A stretch of 64,000 bases of DNA, taken from Paludibacteraceae bacterium (GTDB lineage Bacteria > Bacteroidota > Bacteroidia > Bacteroidales > Paludibacteraceae). The notes beneath the pieces are model-generated. The model searched no databases. It was not told the DNA's origin and was given only the letters and a program-made list of their open reading frames with translations. Numbering within the stretch: position 1 is the first letter of the stretch; each line of letters begins with the position of its first letter. This document shows positions 63,601 to 64,000 of this stretch, in pieces. The stretch covers positions 4,275 to 68,274 of the forward strand of contig JAZNBO010000038.1 of NCBI GenBank assembly GCA_045587145.1, in the 5' to 3' direction. A program made the translations under genes and the position numbers.

Positions 63601-64000
63601 ACAATAAAGGTTTTGGTTATGGATTCAGCAGGATTCCATAGTTCGTTACCAGTTTGCGTTGCAGTAATAGTGGCTTCGCCTTCTCCCATAGGAATGAGTG
63701 TTGTACCATCGCTGCTAATGGCAATAACACTTGAGTTGTCAGATAGGTATTTAATGGTCAGTCCACTGGTAGAGTAGGCAGCATCGGAGATATCACCACC
63801 ATTCAATGGAATGAGAGGTTTTTCTACTGCTTCAAAATCAGCGCGCCAACGGAGTGTTTGTTTCAGCTTGTAGGCAGAAGCAATCAATTGCACAGTGTCT
63901 TTATGTCCATGTTCATCGCTGATGATAATCATCGCATCTTCGTTGGTGGCGTGCGGAACAGAAGAAGTATATGTGACATCAATCTGTCTTGCGCCATGAT
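60696..64000 (-). CDS. Giant T9SS cargo/adhesin with Ig-like repeats and type-A C-terminal sorting domain (5' end outside window)
   Basis: Frame stays open upstream of the tracked Met to position 64000; BIG2-like segments (GEATITATQTGNELW, GKTTLTAHVP); C-terminus LQIYNVSGAHIL...AGVYLIRINNYTYKVIKK. Confidence 0.75.
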   Translation of the reverse strand, partial: HGARQIDVTYTSSVPHATNEDAMIIISDEHGHKDTVQLIASAYKLKQTLRWRADFEAVEKPLIPLNGGDISDAAYSTSGLTIKYLSDNSSVIAISSDGTTLIPMGEGEATITATQTGNELWNPAESITKTFIVTDKRLQYIIWNDPLSDLVKSDNNQTITLTAQVYVQTENGQIVYSPEQTAKLTYQSANTSIVSVSGSLLTIHSVGKTTLTAHVPDTDDFAAATLTVPVIVRPETAGCEDVLLLDENGPIQFFQYSLNEIIKEAMPLDLNKGIPGYVLVEHYGESWDLAIQYYAAEIRVEESTDGGNSWNTITTIYPAEDKVNIDSIPLSRTATHIRFARNSGGQGYQFLQNIKVHPAQFIEGPDVIDFGQIHVGSREEQTFTIAYSNIKSTLSPVVSSTDVVATPSSFGECGEFGTQNIQVFWTPSQLGENMQETVTFTDFNSGMEKVVILRAQNIQKGLQQLNWDAPEIIEHCGHIHFPEKTTADLSITWEVIEGNQYADFVDGTLTLFQNGTIQLKGSNDGSNNYEPFEIIYTFQIAINPIFMGTEDEDWNNTNNWNICRLPYEHEAVTIQASTVLTETISIAGITFAMGENGNLGSIHITSTGGLSVGAQGVTGAATDGSSLIIDNLKTGAGFLRISPEYTGTMPKTTVRYQTKSTLDDGANKDATWQYIGAPGANCQFTVDYITWLYQWSEPQNWINKTGTLTLEPFAGYAITQYGKPTYELIAEPINQNQTITLTKTSSGMNGNNLFANSFMAPIDAKNFTPEDFEGDLEKTFYIFNSGSWNDWNKYDTEQSKGSNGNNTPGQYCAVPAFSSSYMDGAEITTLPPMQGIYVIANADGAKIRLNYDKHVWKAGTNTNITTDMHEPMRKPQRIQAQEQMQRSSFRRIRLQLNSANSGADRLYIIQSDETTPDYDNGYDAPNQTVTGLTNIYTTESFGKMEVSCSNYIDSMYIGFQAGSDTQYTLSFSSLIGDMLYLEDLEQDTIVAMQQDMPYTFTATALSINDHRFRLLLSPKGGNNSPTDTEDINNVSIWMDNNVLHITGTPANSTLQIYNVSGAHILTQAISDTPYTYNLSHLSAGVYLIRINNYTYKVIKK

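Noticed and set aside
1-64000. Mobile elements, prophage or defence islands.
   Set aside because: No transposase, integrase, recombinase, restriction-modification, toxin-antitoxin, reverse transcriptase or phage structural motifs were recognised in any ORF. The two tRNA genes are not flanked by integrase genes or direct-repeat att-like duplications.

Overview
Chromosomal window from a Bacteroidota genome, probably Bacteroidales or Prevotellaceae-like. This is inferred from many -33 TTTG / -7 TAnnTTTG promoters with a constant ~20-nt spacer, near-absence of Shine-Dalgarno sites, T9SS genes and an rnf plus korAB anaerobic core. No homology search was run; all calls rest on motifs read from the ORF translations and the DNA.

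Gene content is mostly housekeeping:
- rnfC(partial)-D-G-E-A
- thiL, ruvA, sprA (T9SS translocon), hpt, a phosphoglucomutase-family mutase, murI
- dnaN plus an epsilon-like exonuclease, an RNase Z-like gene, radA
- two beta-barrel paralogs, then uppS-bamA-skp-skp
- an MFS transporter, murF, rpsO, glyQS, murC-ftsQ-ftsA-ftsZ, comF-like, dedA, korBA, lepA
- an NhaD/CitMHS-like permease, yqeY, tRNA-Arg(ACG), tRNA-Leu(CAA), rpsU

Two accessory regions stand out:
1. 5.2-13.7 kb: a teichoic-acid-like polyol-phosphate glycan locus. It holds YfhO plus GT2, a TagF-like transferase, an AsnB-like::TagD-like fusion, a TarI/IspD-like gene, a KdsC-like HAD and a GT4.
2. 59.5-64 kb: a T9SS cargo/adhesin locus.

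The most unusual signal is non-genic. Gene boundaries are populated by short phased 'word' arrays:
- 10-bp-phased GTGTAG/CTACAC hexamers
- 8-bp GGCAATTG/GGCTATTG units
- 7-8-bp GGCGAAAGG units
- 7-bp TGTAAAG units, and others

These arrays include three near-identical ~100-bp intercistronic elements inside the rnf operon. Several arrays sit in frame inside conserved genes (korB, murI, yfhO, ispD-like, the sprA signal peptide). Others supply the last codons and stop codon of genes. murF carries an in-frame 2 x 54-bp hairpin module with compensatory stem changes. No CRISPR array, transposase, integrase or recognisable defence system was seen.
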